From contig CAWFQB010000004.1 in assembly GCA_963817895.1 (NCBI GenBank), positions 608,001 through 672,000 on the forward strand: a stretch of DNA of 64,000 bases. Reading direction: 5' to 3'. The DNA comes from an uncultured Chthonomonadaceae bacterium (GTDB lineage: Bacteria; Armatimonadota; Chthonomonadetes; Chthonomonadales; Chthonomonadaceae). Positions 29,669 to 40,368 of the stretch are shown here, in pieces. The notes under the pieces were generated by a model. The model saw nothing but the letters and a program-made list of their open reading frames with translations. It made no database searches and had not been told where the DNA came from. A program made the position numbers and the translations under genes. Numbering within the stretch: the first letter of the stretch is position 1; every line of letters begins with the position of its first letter.

Positions 29669-30044
29669 TTCTACTCCTCAAGTTCCCTGTAATATCGTCC
29701 GCCTGGCGGCTAAAATCAAATTTCCAAAGCACGATCCCAAATACGAAGCCCACATTCAGGCGCGTTTCTGAAACTTTCCTCATGCTGTTATCCACTTGTC
29801 ACGGTTCGCGCGAATTCTGCTGCGATATGATAGCCCGAAATGCGCCTCCTGTCAATCAGTCCGGCATATTTGCCGGATATAAGAATAAAGGAAAAATTAA
29901 CGAACCCGCGCTGAACATTTTATGATGGCCTGCGTCGAAGAGTATGAACGGCGTTGTAAGGCAATGATTGCAAAGTTTACCGGCGTCGTTCATCGAGCTG
30001 CTGATTGAAAATTAAAACAAAAGGATTGTGAAAGGAACAATTCG

Positions 30045-30347
30045 ATGAAGAACACACTGAACTGGAAACTCGGCCTGGGCGCGGCGGGCCTCTGTATTTT
30101 GAGCGGGGCGTTTCTTGTCCCGCAGAACACTCCGGCATCCGCGCAAAACCTTGCGCCCATTCCCGTGCTGAAACAGCGCGGCATGGAGAAGCATCCTGAA
30201 ATCCGCAAGGCTATACGTAATCTGGAGCAGGCCAAAACCAATCTGACAAACGCCGCCCATGATTTCGACGGGCATCGCGAAAAGGCGCTCGACCTGACAA
30301 ATCAGGCCCTCGCCGAGTGCAAACTGGCTCTCAAAGCCGACAAGTAA
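30045..30347 (+). CDS. Small secreted helical protein
   Basis: AAGGA RBS, signal peptide, HPEIRKAI..AAHDFDGHREKA. Confidence 0.8.
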   Translation: MKNTLNWKLGLGAAGLCILSGAFLVPQNTPASAQNLAPIPVLKQRGMEKHPEIRKAIRNLEQAKTNLTNAAHDFDGHREKALDLTNQALAECKLALKADK

Positions 30348-30389
30348 GCGCGCGTTCGCAGGAAGCAGTCCTGACGCTGCTGCCCATCT

Positions 30390-30450
30390 CCTGCCTCTGC
30401 TCACTCGTTCTAACCGGAACGGAGCCAGTGAACAGAGGCAGGCGTTTTTG
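30390..30450 (+). terminator. Probable terminator hairpin
   Basis: CCTGCCTCTGCTCACT...AGTGAACAGAGGCAGG followed by CGTTTTT. Confidence 0.5.
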
Positions 30451-30588
30451 TTGTTTTCCATTCCACATGAAAGGCGCAATTCTGCCGAAAAAGTGTATAA
30501 TGCTGATAGGTTCTGACGCTTTGTTCGAGGCTATCAGGGATTTTCAATCCCAAGCACAAACAATGCCTTAAATCTGAAACGCGCCCCC

Positions 30589-31332
30589 ATGTTGTCGTCT
30601 GTGAAGGATTCTACCCGCATGGTAAGATTGTCGCTTTCTTTGCAGCCTCGTTTTCGTAACAAGCCTCACGCGCTGAATTCACGCCGAATTATCAGGGCTG
30701 TTCTCCCCGTCTTCAAACTGTGTACTCCCCGGCTGCGAACCGCATTTTGTTTGCTGTGCGCGTTTGTTGCGGCGTGTGTCGCCTGCTGTATTCCCTCGGT
30801 TGCTTCCCTGCATGTGCGGGACGACGCGCCTCATGCGGAGCAGTGGTTTCGCCTGTACAATGAGTTGCCGGACGTGTGGAAAACGCGCCGCGTCGTCAAA
30901 CTGCGGGAACTTCCGCCGCGCGAGATGGAGCGGCTTATCGCGAAATTAGGTGGCGGCGAAGCGGATCGGAACGACGATTCCGTTGTGGATGGCTGCTACC
31001 AGAGCGGGGATGAGGACGAGGATACGCCTGTTATTACGCTCTGCGATAATCTGCGCGGCGAACAGGCGGGACTGGTGTTTACGCACGAGTACGGACATTT
31101 CGTATGGGGGGAGTTGCTGACCAACAGTGAACGCGCCCGCTACACGCGCCTCTGGCGAACGCAAAAACGCGCCCATCATCTGGTGACGGAGTACGCGCGC
31201 GACTCGGACGAAGAGGGCTTTGCGGAAGCGTTCGCTTACTTTTTGCGCAGGCCCTCCCAACTGCAAAAGCGCGACCCCGCTTCCCTGCAATTTTGCCGCG
31301 AGTTGGTTGAAAACAGGCAGATAGGTAAGTAG
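30589..31332 (+). CDS. Zinc metallopeptidase-like protein (lethal-factor/ATLF-like fold); start uncertain
   Basis: HEYGH motif plus TEYARDSDEEGFAEAF. Confidence 0.7.
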   Translation: MLSSVKDSTRMVRLSLSLQPRFRNKPHALNSRRIIRAVLPVFKLCTPRLRTAFCLLCAFVAACVACCIPSVASLHVRDDAPHAEQWFRLYNELPDVWKTRRVVKLRELPPREMERLIAKLGGGEADRNDDSVVDGCYQSGDEDEDTPVITLCDNLRGEQAGLVFTHEYGHFVWGELLTNSERARYTRLWRTQKRAHHLVTEYARDSDEEGFAEAFAYFLRRPSQLQKRDPASLQFCRELVENRQIGK

Positions 31333-31452
31333 GTAAATAGGTTGTTAGGTTGTTAGTTTGTTAGAGCCTGTCATAGTAGTTGCCCCTTCTCCCAAAAAAG
31401 CCTGGGAGAAGGGGCCAGGGGTTGAGGGCCATTCAGAATGGGAGATGTGGGT

Positions 31453-32691
31453 ATGTCCGTGTTCTTGAACCGAGCGAAATCGAAACCGATGTTTGCGCCT
31501 TCCGCGTGGGTGAGTCTGCTGCTGATGGTGGCCCTGATGATCGGGGGCGGACGGGGAGCGCGAGCGACGGAGCAGTACGCGCAAAAGGAGGGCCGGGCCT
31601 GTCAATACTGCCACGTCAGCGGTCTGCCCGGCAGAATCAACGAGGTCACAAAACGGCGCGAACCCGTAGACGTTAATAAGCGCGGATTGTATTACCAGAC
31701 GCACAACCATTCGATGGATGGCTATATCGAACCGCGCGTGATTCCCAACGCGCCGCCGCCCCTGTTCCGGTTCATTGCGCGGGAAATGCTGCCGGATCGC
31801 GCGCGCCGTATCGCGGTTGCGGACGTGACGGGCGACCATACGCCGCGCCTTATAACCTTGAGCGACATTCCGAATGTCAATCTCGGCAGTATCCTATCGG
31901 TGAAAAGATGGGATGGGAAAGCGTTTGTAACCGAATTCAGCGGCGAGGCTCCCGGCGCGGTAGACAAATTGGAAGTGGGGAGGTTCGCTTCGGGCGGCAA
32001 ATTCGTTATCCTGACGGAACGCTCCGCGTGGGTCTGGAATGGGAAAACGTATGTTCGGAAGGACGCGCCGCAATCGCTGAACCTTTTGGGCAGCGTTCGG
32101 CTGCGCTCGGACGGCTCCGAGCGCGTGCTGGCGGCAAGTTCGCCAACGGATATACGCGCCTATCGGGTGGATGTAAACAGCGCGGCGCTGCTGGTAGACC
32201 CGATTGCGACCCCGGCTTCCGCGCAGGTGGCGCAGATGGCAATGCACAACACGCCGGAATTCTTCGACAAGATGGAGATGCCGTCCGAACTGACGCGGGG
32301 CGGCATATTCGGGTTGATGACGGCTTCCCGACTGAATAAACAACTGCTGTACCATGTGGATTTAGATCAGGATGTGGACATCAAGAACGATCCGACGGGA
32401 TTGACAAAGCCGAAACTGGTGCTGAAAAGTCAGGGCTGGAAGGTGGGCGTGGTCAATCCGCGCGAGCCGAGTCTGGCGAACCAGTTTTTCACGCAACGTC
32501 TTGCCGGTGACATTTACGATGTGGCGACGGAAAGCGCGCATGGCGACGGAACCCCCGGCCTGCTGGTGTTGACCAGTGAGGGACCGGAGGGCAAAGGCCG
32601 CAGTCTGTATTTCTTCGCCCTCAATACCGCCACTACTGCCACTTCCGCAACCATCCCCGCATCGGCGACAACGCCAGAGAAAGCCCGCTGA
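31453..32691 (+). CDS. Secreted protein: CXXCH heme motif plus FG-GAP-like beta-rich region
   Basis: Signal peptide, ATEQYAQKEGRACQYCH, IAVADVTGD. Confidence 0.65.
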   Translation: MSVFLNRAKSKPMFAPSAWVSLLLMVALMIGGGRGARATEQYAQKEGRACQYCHVSGLPGRINEVTKRREPVDVNKRGLYYQTHNHSMDGYIEPRVIPNAPPPLFRFIAREMLPDRARRIAVADVTGDHTPRLITLSDIPNVNLGSILSVKRWDGKAFVTEFSGEAPGAVDKLEVGRFASGGKFVILTERSAWVWNGKTYVRKDAPQSLNLLGSVRLRSDGSERVLAASSPTDIRAYRVDVNSAALLVDPIATPASAQVAQMAMHNTPEFFDKMEMPSELTRGGIFGLMTASRLNKQLLYHVDLDQDVDIKNDPTGLTKPKLVLKSQGWKVGVVNPREPSLANQFFTQRLAGDIYDVATESAHGDGTPGLLVLTSEGPEGKGRSLYFFALNTATTATSATIPASATTPEKAR

Positions 32692-32778
32692 CAACAGAAT
32701 AAATCTGGATAAACCACGCTGAGACAGTATGAAACCAATCTCCTTTGTATTCGGTCAATGGCATCAGGAGGTGACGTA

Positions 32779-35487
32779 ATGTTCAACACCAAAGCGTTTG
32801 AGAATTCCCGCGCCGATGGGTTTCCCGTCCTCGAAATCGTTCAGGAAGAAACGGGAATGCAAACCGGGCGCGCGTTTGTGCCGCTGAAACATACGCGGCT
32901 GAGTGGCGATGTTGCCGGACCGCTGGCCGCGCTGACCCTGACGCAGACGTTCGGGTACGGGCGCGAACAGTCCGACAAAAAGCTGGAAGCCGTGTACCGT
33001 TTCCCCCTGCCGGGAGACGCGGCGGTGACGGGCGTTCGGGTGCAGTTCGGTGACGTGGAGATTGCCGCTGAGTTGAAGGAGCGGCAGCAGGCGGAAACGG
33101 ATTATCAGGAAGCGGTACAGCAGGGGCGGCAGGCCGCGCTTGCCACCCGCGAGTCGCCCGATGTGTTTACCCTGCGCGTTGCGGGTTTGCAGCCGGATCA
33201 GGAAGTCAAGGTTGAAACCAATTATGTGCAGCTTGCGCGGGCGGAAGGAAGCCACTGGACGCTGCGGGTTCCGCTCACCACGTCGCCGCGCTATGTTCGG
33301 GCCGATGAAGCGAACAGCCGCCACGCCGAAGGCCAGCCCCTTGCCCTGCTGCGCGATCCCGGCCATCGGTTCGGTTTGGACGTAAAATTTGAACAGGCCG
33401 AAAACGTGAAAAGCGCGACACACGCGCTGGATGTGCAGGATTTGGGCGGAAACTTGAAACAGGTTCGATTACAAAACGGCGAAGTGTTGCCCGACCGGGA
33501 CTGCGTTCTTTCGTGGCAGGCGGTTCAGGAGGCGGCGCGTCCCGGTTTGAGCGTCCTGCTGCACGATGATAGAGCAAGCGGTTATGCCTACTTTCTCGCG
33601 CTTGTCGCGCCACCCAAAGCGCCTGCGGGGAAGACCGATGTGCCGCGTGAAATCGTTCTGCTCGTGGATCATTCCGGCTCGATGAGCGGGGCAAAATGGG
33701 AAGCATCGGATTGGGCCGTGAAGCAGTTTCTGGGCAGCCTGACGGACAAAGACTCGTTCGCGCTCGGCCTGTTCCATAGCACAACCCAATGGTACAAGCA
33801 TGGCGGACTGCACCGCGAAGCGCCCCATGCCGCCAATTCTGAGAACGTGGAACGCGCCCTGCGGTTTCTGGAGGGCAGCAAGGACAGCGGCGGAACGGAA
33901 CTAGGGGTCGCGCTGGAACAGGGATTGCATTTGCACCGCGCCGGGGGCGATCTCGCCCGTCACCTGCTGATTGTCACAGACGCGGAAGTAACGGATAGCG
34001 GACGATTATTGCGTCTTGCGGAAGGGGAAGCGGCAACGCCCGACCGTCGGCGCATCAGCGTGTTGTGCGTGGACGCCGCGCCCAATGCGTTTCTGGCAAC
34101 CGAACTGGCCGAACGGGGTGGCGGTATCTCCAAATTCCTGACCAGTTCGCCCGATGAGGAGGACATTACAACGGCTCTGGACGCGGTATTGGAAGACTTC
34201 GCGCAGCCCGTGCTGGCGAACCTGAAACTGGAAGTGAACCAAGCGGGCGTGGAAGCGTCCGGGCGCAACATCCTGCCGGGACGCAATGCGCAAAGCAGCG
34301 CGATTGACATGGGCGATCTGCCGCGCGGACGCGCCGTTTGGATCGTCGGGCGCGTAAAGCGTGGCGACGATGCCAATCTGGATTTCGCCGTCACGGTTGG
34401 CGGGCGGGAAGTGGCGCGAACCGGTGTCAACGCGCAGACGAACGCTGTCCGTCCCGCGATCAAGGCGCTGTTCGGGGCAAAGCGGGTTCTCGCGCTGGAA
34501 TACCTGATAACGGCGCATTACGATACGGACGCGGTACGGGAACAGTTGACGCGGCTCGGTTATGATGCAAAAACCGTATTGAGCGGCTCTCCTCAGAAAA
34601 GCGTATATGCGGAAAACGCTGATGTGTCGCCGCAAACTGCGCTGAAAAATCTGCTGGTGAAGGAAGCATTGGATTACGGCCTCGCGTCTTCGGAAACCGC
34701 TTTTGTCGCCGTCCGAACCGAAGCGGGCAAGCCCATCGAAGGCACGGTTGCCGTTGCCAACGCCCTCCCCTCCGGCTGGTCGGAACAGTTTGTCGGTGGC
34801 GCGGCTCCAGCAGGCACGGTTATGATGCGCGCAATGCCCATGCTTGCGTCGGGTTCCCCGTCCCCGGCGAGGTTTGCCAGAGCGAAAATGATGCCTCAAC
34901 AATCTGGTTCCGTTGATTATGACGGAAAGAATATTCTTAGCGTGGCTGCTGACGCAAGCGAAATTCTGCCGATGGCAGAACTCAATGAGGGCGTGGCGAC
35001 AATGGATTGGATGGATCAGGAACAGGAACGCGGTATCACTCTGCCGCCTGCCAAGCCTGCTCTATCTGCCGCTGCCGCACAATCCTTCAGCGCGCCACCT
35101 CCATTTGCCGCTGCCACACGAAGCGGGCTGTCACTGTTTTCGGGCATCCCCGTATTTGCCGATGGCGAAGCGGTTTTGTTCGATACGGGCCGTGATGAAG
35201 ACAACGCGAAACTGCCTCTGAGCGCGACATTCACAAAACTGGAAATCCGTTTCCCGAACGGCAAACCGGACCTGAACGCGCTCAGTCAAAACCTGATGAT
35301 ACTGCTGTTCGTGGACGATCTGGCGCAGCCGCGCGCCCGCGTTCGGCTGTCTGATTTGCTGCGTCAGGGTGGGGCGCGTCCGCTCAATGTGCAGCGCGTG
35401 TCGGGGCAGGCCGTCCGCATCGCGCTTGTGGATGATTCGGGAAACCCGCCCGCATTGCCGATGTTGGAACTCGCGCTGCGCTGGTGA
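32779..35487 (+). CDS. VIT and VWA domain protein
   Basis: LEAVYRFPLP (VIT), LVDHSGSM MIDAS, GGTEL, IVTD; AGGAGG RBS. Confidence 0.88.
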   Translation: MFNTKAFENSRADGFPVLEIVQEETGMQTGRAFVPLKHTRLSGDVAGPLAALTLTQTFGYGREQSDKKLEAVYRFPLPGDAAVTGVRVQFGDVEIAAELKERQQAETDYQEAVQQGRQAALATRESPDVFTLRVAGLQPDQEVKVETNYVQLARAEGSHWTLRVPLTTSPRYVRADEANSRHAEGQPLALLRDPGHRFGLDVKFEQAENVKSATHALDVQDLGGNLKQVRLQNGEVLPDRDCVLSWQAVQEAARPGLSVLLHDDRASGYAYFLALVAPPKAPAGKTDVPREIVLLVDHSGSMSGAKWEASDWAVKQFLGSLTDKDSFALGLFHSTTQWYKHGGLHREAPHAANSENVERALRFLEGSKDSGGTELGVALEQGLHLHRAGGDLARHLLIVTDAEVTDSGRLLRLAEGEAATPDRRRISVLCVDAAPNAFLATELAERGGGISKFLTSSPDEEDITTALDAVLEDFAQPVLANLKLEVNQAGVEASGRNILPGRNAQSSAIDMGDLPRGRAVWIVGRVKRGDDANLDFAVTVGGREVARTGVNAQTNAVRPAIKALFGAKRVLALEYLITAHYDTDAVREQLTRLGYDAKTVLSGSPQKSVYAENADVSPQTALKNLLVKEALDYGLASSETAFVAVRTEAGKPIEGTVAVANALPSGWSEQFVGGAAPAGTVMMRAMPMLASGSPSPARFARAKMMPQQSGSVDYDGKNILSVAADASEILPMAELNEGVATMDWMDQEQERGITLPPAKPALSAAAAQSFSAPPPFAAATRSGLSLFSGIPVFADGEAVLFDTGRDEDNAKLPLSATFTKLEIRFPNGKPDLNALSQNLMILLFVDDLAQPRARVRLSDLLRQGGARPLNVQRVSGQAVRIALVDDSGNPPALPMLELALRW

Positions 35488-35495
35488 AGGAAAAC

Positions 35496-38400
35496 ATGAG
35501 CCATCCAAATTCAAAGCAGAGTCGCCGCCGTTTTTTGCGCAATGCCGTTCACAGCATGGCGGCGGCTTCCCTTGCCACTGCGGCGGGGGCGGAAGAACTG
35601 CCGCCTTTGGTGGATTTGAATGCCGGGGACGCAAGCGCGGGCGGAGTGGAATGGCGCAATCGGGGTCTCCTCGGCGCGTTTCAGCGTGTTGGAACCCCGA
35701 CTGTTGGCGAAGTGGGCGGCGTTCGGGCGGTTCGGTTCGACGGCAAGCAGGATGCGTACATCGGCCCGCGCTCGGTTGCGGCAATCGAAGGCAATGAGGC
35801 GCGAACCATTGAGGTTTGGGTTTATAATCCAACGATTGATGCGGCGGAAGAAACCCTTGTCGCGTGGGGCAAGCGTGGCGGGCCGGACACGTCGGATATG
35901 TCGCTCAACTACGGCAACAGCGGCGCGTATGGCGCGGTCACGCACTGGGCATCCGATATGGGCTGGAATTCATTGCCGGAACCGGGGCAATGGCATCATC
36001 TGGCGTACACCTACGACGGTAAAATGGCGCGGATTTACGACAATGGCGTGGAAAGGAACAATCGCCCGATACGCCTGAACACCGCGCCGGGAAATACCAT
36101 CAACATAGGGGCGCAAAACGGCGCGAACGGCAAGCCCCAATTCCTCAATGAGTTCGACCTCACGCAGCAGGCGGGTTCCGTGTGGATCGCGTCCGTTCGC
36201 GTTTATGCGGGCGCGTTGTCGCGTGACGCCATCCGCAAACGTTTTCAGCAGGACGCCGCGCGGTACAAAGCCGTCGTTCCCCCGCCGCAGTTCGACATGC
36301 TGGAAGCGGGAACCGAAACGTACCAGACTTCGGCCTTTGCGCTGACAGTGCTGAAAAGCGCCCGCGTCGCGCAGTCCCTGACCGCCCGCGATTCCAATTT
36401 CGATTTTCTGCCCTCCGACCGCATGGAACTCCGCGCGAGTGACCATTTCTATCATCTTGGCGATGTCACGTTCCGCGTTCGGATAAAAGATGAGACTTGG
36501 AAGTCGTATTCGTCCGCAGACAAGCGCGCGGACATAAGTACAGGCAAATTGCAATTGCCGATGAGCAGTTTCGAGGCTGGAGGGCTGACTGCCCGATTTG
36601 CAAAAGATACCCTCGCGGTCTTCGGCCCCGATTGCCCGATTGCCGTTGAGCGTTGGTGGGGCGCGATGGGCGACGATCTGGTTTTACGCTTTAAACTGGC
36701 TAATCACACATCGCAGGCTGTTGAACTTGGGGCGTTTGGGGTGGCGATGGCGTTCAACAACATTTTGTCTAACCGCCCGCTGGAAGAAGCGCACGAAAAA
36801 TGCGCGTTTGCCGACCCGTATATTGGGGATGAGGCCGGTTATGTGCAGGTAACGCGCTTGAACGGCAAGGGACCCGCCCTCCTCGTCCTGCCCGAACCCG
36901 GCACATCGTTTGAAGCCTACCGGCCATTGCGGGATGACCGAACGCCGTGCGATGTAACCAATGAAGGCATGTACGAATGGATGGTACATTCCAAAGCATA
37001 CGCGGAAAACGAATGGAAAAACGCGCCTGCGTGGAATCAGCCGACCTCCCGTATGTTGCCCCCCGGCGCGTCGGTTACGTACGGCTTCCGCTTCGCGCTG
37101 TCTCCCGATATACGACACATCGAATCCACTTTGCTAAAGCAGAAACGCCCGATTGCCGTCAGCGTTCCCGGTTACGTGCTGCCAACCGATCAAATCGCCC
37201 GGTTGTTTGTGCATCCTTCCACTCACCTGCCGGGGTATGTCACCAGCATCCGCGTAGAACCTTTTGACGCGCTGGAAGTGCAGCCGGACGCGCAACTCTC
37301 CCTGAACGGCTGGGAGTTTTATACCGTGACGGGTAAGCGCGTCGGTCCCTGTCGCCTGAATATATTTTATTCCGACAAAACGCAGCAGTGTGTTCAATAC
37401 AATGTGATCGCGCCGGAAACCGAACAGGTACGGAAATTGGGGGCGTACCATGCCACAAAGCAGTGGTACGACGATCCAAACGACCCGTTCGGCAGAACCA
37501 ACTCGTTTATGCCGGTCAACCGCGAAACGGGCAAAATCGTCCTTCAACATTCGCATGTATGGATGTCCGGGCTGAGTGACGAGATGGGCGCGGGGCCATC
37601 CGTCGCAATGGCAATGAAGAATTTAGGGCAGCCGGACGCGGGCGAAATCGCCCTGCTGGAAAAATACGTCAGTACAACGCTGTGGGGCAAACTACAGAAT
37701 CCCGATTACGGCGTGAAGGCAAGCCTGTTCTATTACGAGCCGAAATTGCAGCCCGGTTACTACACGATACGAAGCGGGTGGGACAAGGCGCGGGGCGAAA
37801 CGACGTGGCGGGCGTACAATTATCCGCATGTCGCCTGCGTGTACTGGAGTCTGTACCGCCTTGCTCGTAACCATGAGGGGCTGGTGAAAACCCGCAAGTG
37901 GGACTGGTATCTGCGGCAGGCGTATCAGACGGCAATGGCGATGCAAACGCACTGCGGGCGTCGCCCCACAGATGGACTGGCGCAATTCGGACTGATGGTG
38001 GGCAGCGTGTTCGTGGAAATCCTGCGGGACTTGCAGCGCGAAGGCTGGAAAGCGGAAGCGGCAACATTAGAAGCTTACATGCGGCAGCGGGCGGAACACT
38101 GGAAATCCCTGCGCTATCCGTTCGGCAGCGAAATGCCCTGGGACTCGACCGGGCAGGAAGAAGTGTACAGTTGGTGTCGTTATTTCGGTTTTGACGACAA
38201 AGCGCAGGTGACGGTAGACGCCATTTTGGGCTACATGCCGACGGTTCCGAACTGGGCATACAACGGCGCGGCCCGCCGCTATTTCGACGCGCCCGTAAAC
38301 GGTACGCGCTGGCCCGACATAGGCCGTATGACCAATCACTACGGCTCGTCCCTGAACGCCATTCCGGTTCTGGACAACTACCGCCGCAACTCGGAAGACT

Positions 38401-38960
38401 TTTATTCCCTGCGCGTGGGCTACGCGGGCATGAATCAGGTAATCGCCAACATAGATGCCAACGGACACGGCTCGTATGGCTTCGACGCCAACCCTGCCGT
38501 ATTGCAATTCGACCCGTATACGGCGGATTACGGCATGGCTTTTTATGGCTACGCCCGCAATTGCGGCGCGTATGTGATTCAGCATCCCGTATTCGGCTGG
38601 CTCGGATTGGGCTGCAACCTGCGAGAAGAAAACGGGCGGCTGCACATTGCGCCCCGTGACGCTTTCCGGCAGCGCGTGTTTGTGGCCCCGCTCAATCTAT
38701 ATCTCACGCTGGATTCGGGAACAGTGGAAAGCATTGTCGCGCATCCGGCAGCAAAAACCGTAGAACTCACATTGGCAAAGGCAACGCCTGCTACTCCCGC
38801 CGCCCGTCTGCGCATAGAAAACACGCGGAACGAAAAGCAAAACGCGCCGCAGTGGACGCCTACCGCCAACCTGAAACAGGAACGGGGCGCGTATGTCGCG
38901 CCGCTTACTCATGCGCCCATGACGATTGGATTGAAGGTAGCCGCGAATAAACGCGAATAA
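35496..38960 (+). CDS. Tat-exported LamG + DUF5695 putative glycoside hydrolase
   Basis: SRRRFL Tat motif, WHHLAYTYDG (LamG), RAYNYPHV, PFGSEMPWDSTGQE. Confidence 0.8.
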   Translation: MSHPNSKQSRRRFLRNAVHSMAAASLATAAGAEELPPLVDLNAGDASAGGVEWRNRGLLGAFQRVGTPTVGEVGGVRAVRFDGKQDAYIGPRSVAAIEGNEARTIEVWVYNPTIDAAEETLVAWGKRGGPDTSDMSLNYGNSGAYGAVTHWASDMGWNSLPEPGQWHHLAYTYDGKMARIYDNGVERNNRPIRLNTAPGNTINIGAQNGANGKPQFLNEFDLTQQAGSVWIASVRVYAGALSRDAIRKRFQQDAARYKAVVPPPQFDMLEAGTETYQTSAFALTVLKSARVAQSLTARDSNFDFLPSDRMELRASDHFYHLGDVTFRVRIKDETWKSYSSADKRADISTGKLQLPMSSFEAGGLTARFAKDTLAVFGPDCPIAVERWWGAMGDDLVLRFKLANHTSQAVELGAFGVAMAFNNILSNRPLEEAHEKCAFADPYIGDEAGYVQVTRLNGKGPALLVLPEPGTSFEAYRPLRDDRTPCDVTNEGMYEWMVHSKAYAENEWKNAPAWNQPTSRMLPPGASVTYGFRFALSPDIRHIESTLLKQKRPIAVSVPGYVLPTDQIARLFVHPSTHLPGYVTSIRVEPFDALEVQPDAQLSLNGWEFYTVTGKRVGPCRLNIFYSDKTQQCVQYNVIAPETEQVRKLGAYHATKQWYDDPNDPFGRTNSFMPVNRETGKIVLQHSHVWMSGLSDEMGAGPSVAMAMKNLGQPDAGEIALLEKYVSTTLWGKLQNPDYGVKASLFYYEPKLQPGYYTIRSGWDKARGETTWRAYNYPHVACVYWSLYRLARNHEGLVKTRKWDWYLRQAYQTAMAMQTHCGRRPTDGLAQFGLMVGSVFVEILRDLQREGWKAEAATLEAYMRQRAEHWKSLRYPFGSEMPWDSTGQEEVYSWCRYFGFDDKAQVTVDAILGYMPTVPNWAYNGAARRYFDAPVNGTRWPDIGRMTNHYGSSLNAIPVLDNYRRNSEDFYSLRVGYAGMNQVIANIDANGHGSYGFDANPAVLQFDPYTADYGMAFYGYARNCGAYVIQHPVFGWLGLGCNLREENGRLHIAPRDAFRQRVFVAPLNLYLTLDSGTVESIVAHPAAKTVELTLAKATPATPAARLRIENTRNEKQNAPQWTPTANLKQERGAYVAPLTHAPMTIGLKVAANKRE

Positions 38961-38980
38961 ACGCGAATGGGGAGAGGAAT

Positions 38981-39763
38981 TCACTGTTTGACGCCAGCGG
39001 ATTCTAGCAGATGAACGGAATCCGTTTGATGCGCTATTCTGGCAGCATCCAGCGCGGTTGTTCCCGCTCTGTTACGTATGGTGGGGTCGGCATGATATTT
39101 CAGCAGGATACGCTCAATCTCCACGAAGTTGCGGCTCGCGACCATCATAAGTGCGGTATCCCCGCTATTGGATATGGCATTAACATCTGCTCCATGCTTC
39201 AGAAGCAGCAGAGTATTGGACGCTTGTTCAAAACACGCGGCGTAAATCAATGGCGTTGTGCCGTACTTATCCTGAACATTAATCCGGGCGGAATGAGCCA
39301 GAAGCATCGAAAGTATGTCTGTGTCCTGAAATGAGGTTGCCTCCATCAACAGAGTGTTGCCGTTTGGACTGGATAGGTTGGGGTCTGCCCCGGCTTCCAG
39401 CAGGGTTTGAATGACAGCCTTCTGCCTGTCCCATACTTCCAATCCGTGCATGTCACGAGAGAAAGCACAATGAGAAACCGCAGATTGTAGAGCCGTTCGC
39501 GTCCTGTAGCGTGAGGTAAGCGCCTGCCATCTTCCACTGCGCAGATACTCCCATGTCTCCCTTACGGAATCGCTGTATTGAGCGTTAGGGTCCGCGCCGT
39601 CGCGCAATGCTTTCAGAACGATACTCGGAGAAGCGTCAATAATCCCAACCCGCAGGTCATTGTTTACGGCTGTCTGCCACTGAACGCGCAGAAAGACAAG
39701 ACTCGATATGACCACAACCAGGCCAATCACGATGAGAGCGGATTGTCGGGAAGACTGTTTCAT
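38981..39763 (-). CDS. Membrane-anchored ankyrin-repeat protein
   Basis: GADPN, GTTPLIYAA, GDTALM, GTTALD repeats; N-terminal TM. Confidence 0.9.
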   Translation of the reverse strand: MKQSSRQSALIVIGLVVVISSLVFLRVQWQTAVNNDLRVGIIDASPSIVLKALRDGADPNAQYSDSVRETWEYLRSGRWQALTSRYRTRTALQSAVSHCAFSRDMHGLEVWDRQKAVIQTLLEAGADPNLSSPNGNTLLMEATSFQDTDILSMLLAHSARINVQDKYGTTPLIYAACFEQASNTLLLLKHGADVNAISNSGDTALMMVASRNFVEIERILLKYHADPTIRNRAGTTALDAARIAHQTDSVHLLESAGVKQ

Positions 39764-40368
39764 CGGCTGTTCAGAGTTAGCGTGGCATTGACATCATCTG
39801 CTTCTTCCGTTTTTCGCGGCAGTGAAAAGACATAAGGGATTGGGGTATCGGCGCGTAACAGTTGGTCGGCGGGAACGCGCGTTGTATCGCTTGCGGCGCG
39901 TAACAGGGTATGCGGTTCTGCGGCAATTGCGGAGGAGGCGCGGAGCAGTATACGGGCGTCTTGAGGGGCAGCAAGGTCAAAGTCGTAGAGGGCGTACATC
40001 GGGCGGCCATTGATGAGATAGCGCGGCTTTACTCCCTGCCGCGCGGCGACAGCAGGCAAATCTTCCGCTTCAATCCCCAACAAGTCGCTTGTCTCTTCCG
40101 CCGTGCCGAGATCGAGCAGGCGCAGGCGAGTGTTGAGCAGCCATCCGCCCACGCCGCCAATCGCCGTCCCGAAAAACAGCAAGCCCTGCGCGAAAGAGCC
40201 GTTTTCCCCGACGCGCCATCCCGCCGCCCCCTGACCGAGCGCGAGAACTATCTGCAGTATACCGCCGCCAAGCATCAGGGTACAAAACCCCGGCGTTGGA
40301 ATCCCATCCCCGCCGCCCGCAAAGACAAAGGGTTCTTTCGCTTCATCCCACGCCTGCCGCTTGTTCAT
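39760..40368 (-). CDS. 2-TM protein with HTH-like domain and triple-LLR tail (array A, gene 3)
   Basis: TM pair, GVKPRYLINGRPMY, ILLR..TLLR..QLLR; ATGA overlaps at both ends. Confidence 0.75.
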   Translation of the reverse strand: MNKRQAWDEAKEPFVFAGGGDGIPTPGFCTLMLGGGILQIVLALGQGAAGWRVGENGSFAQGLLFFGTAIGGVGGWLLNTRLRLLDLGTAEETSDLLGIEAEDLPAVAARQGVKPRYLINGRPMYALYDFDLAAPQDARILLRASSAIAAEPHTLLRAASDTTRVPADQLLRADTPIPYVFSLPRKTEEADDVNATLTLNSR

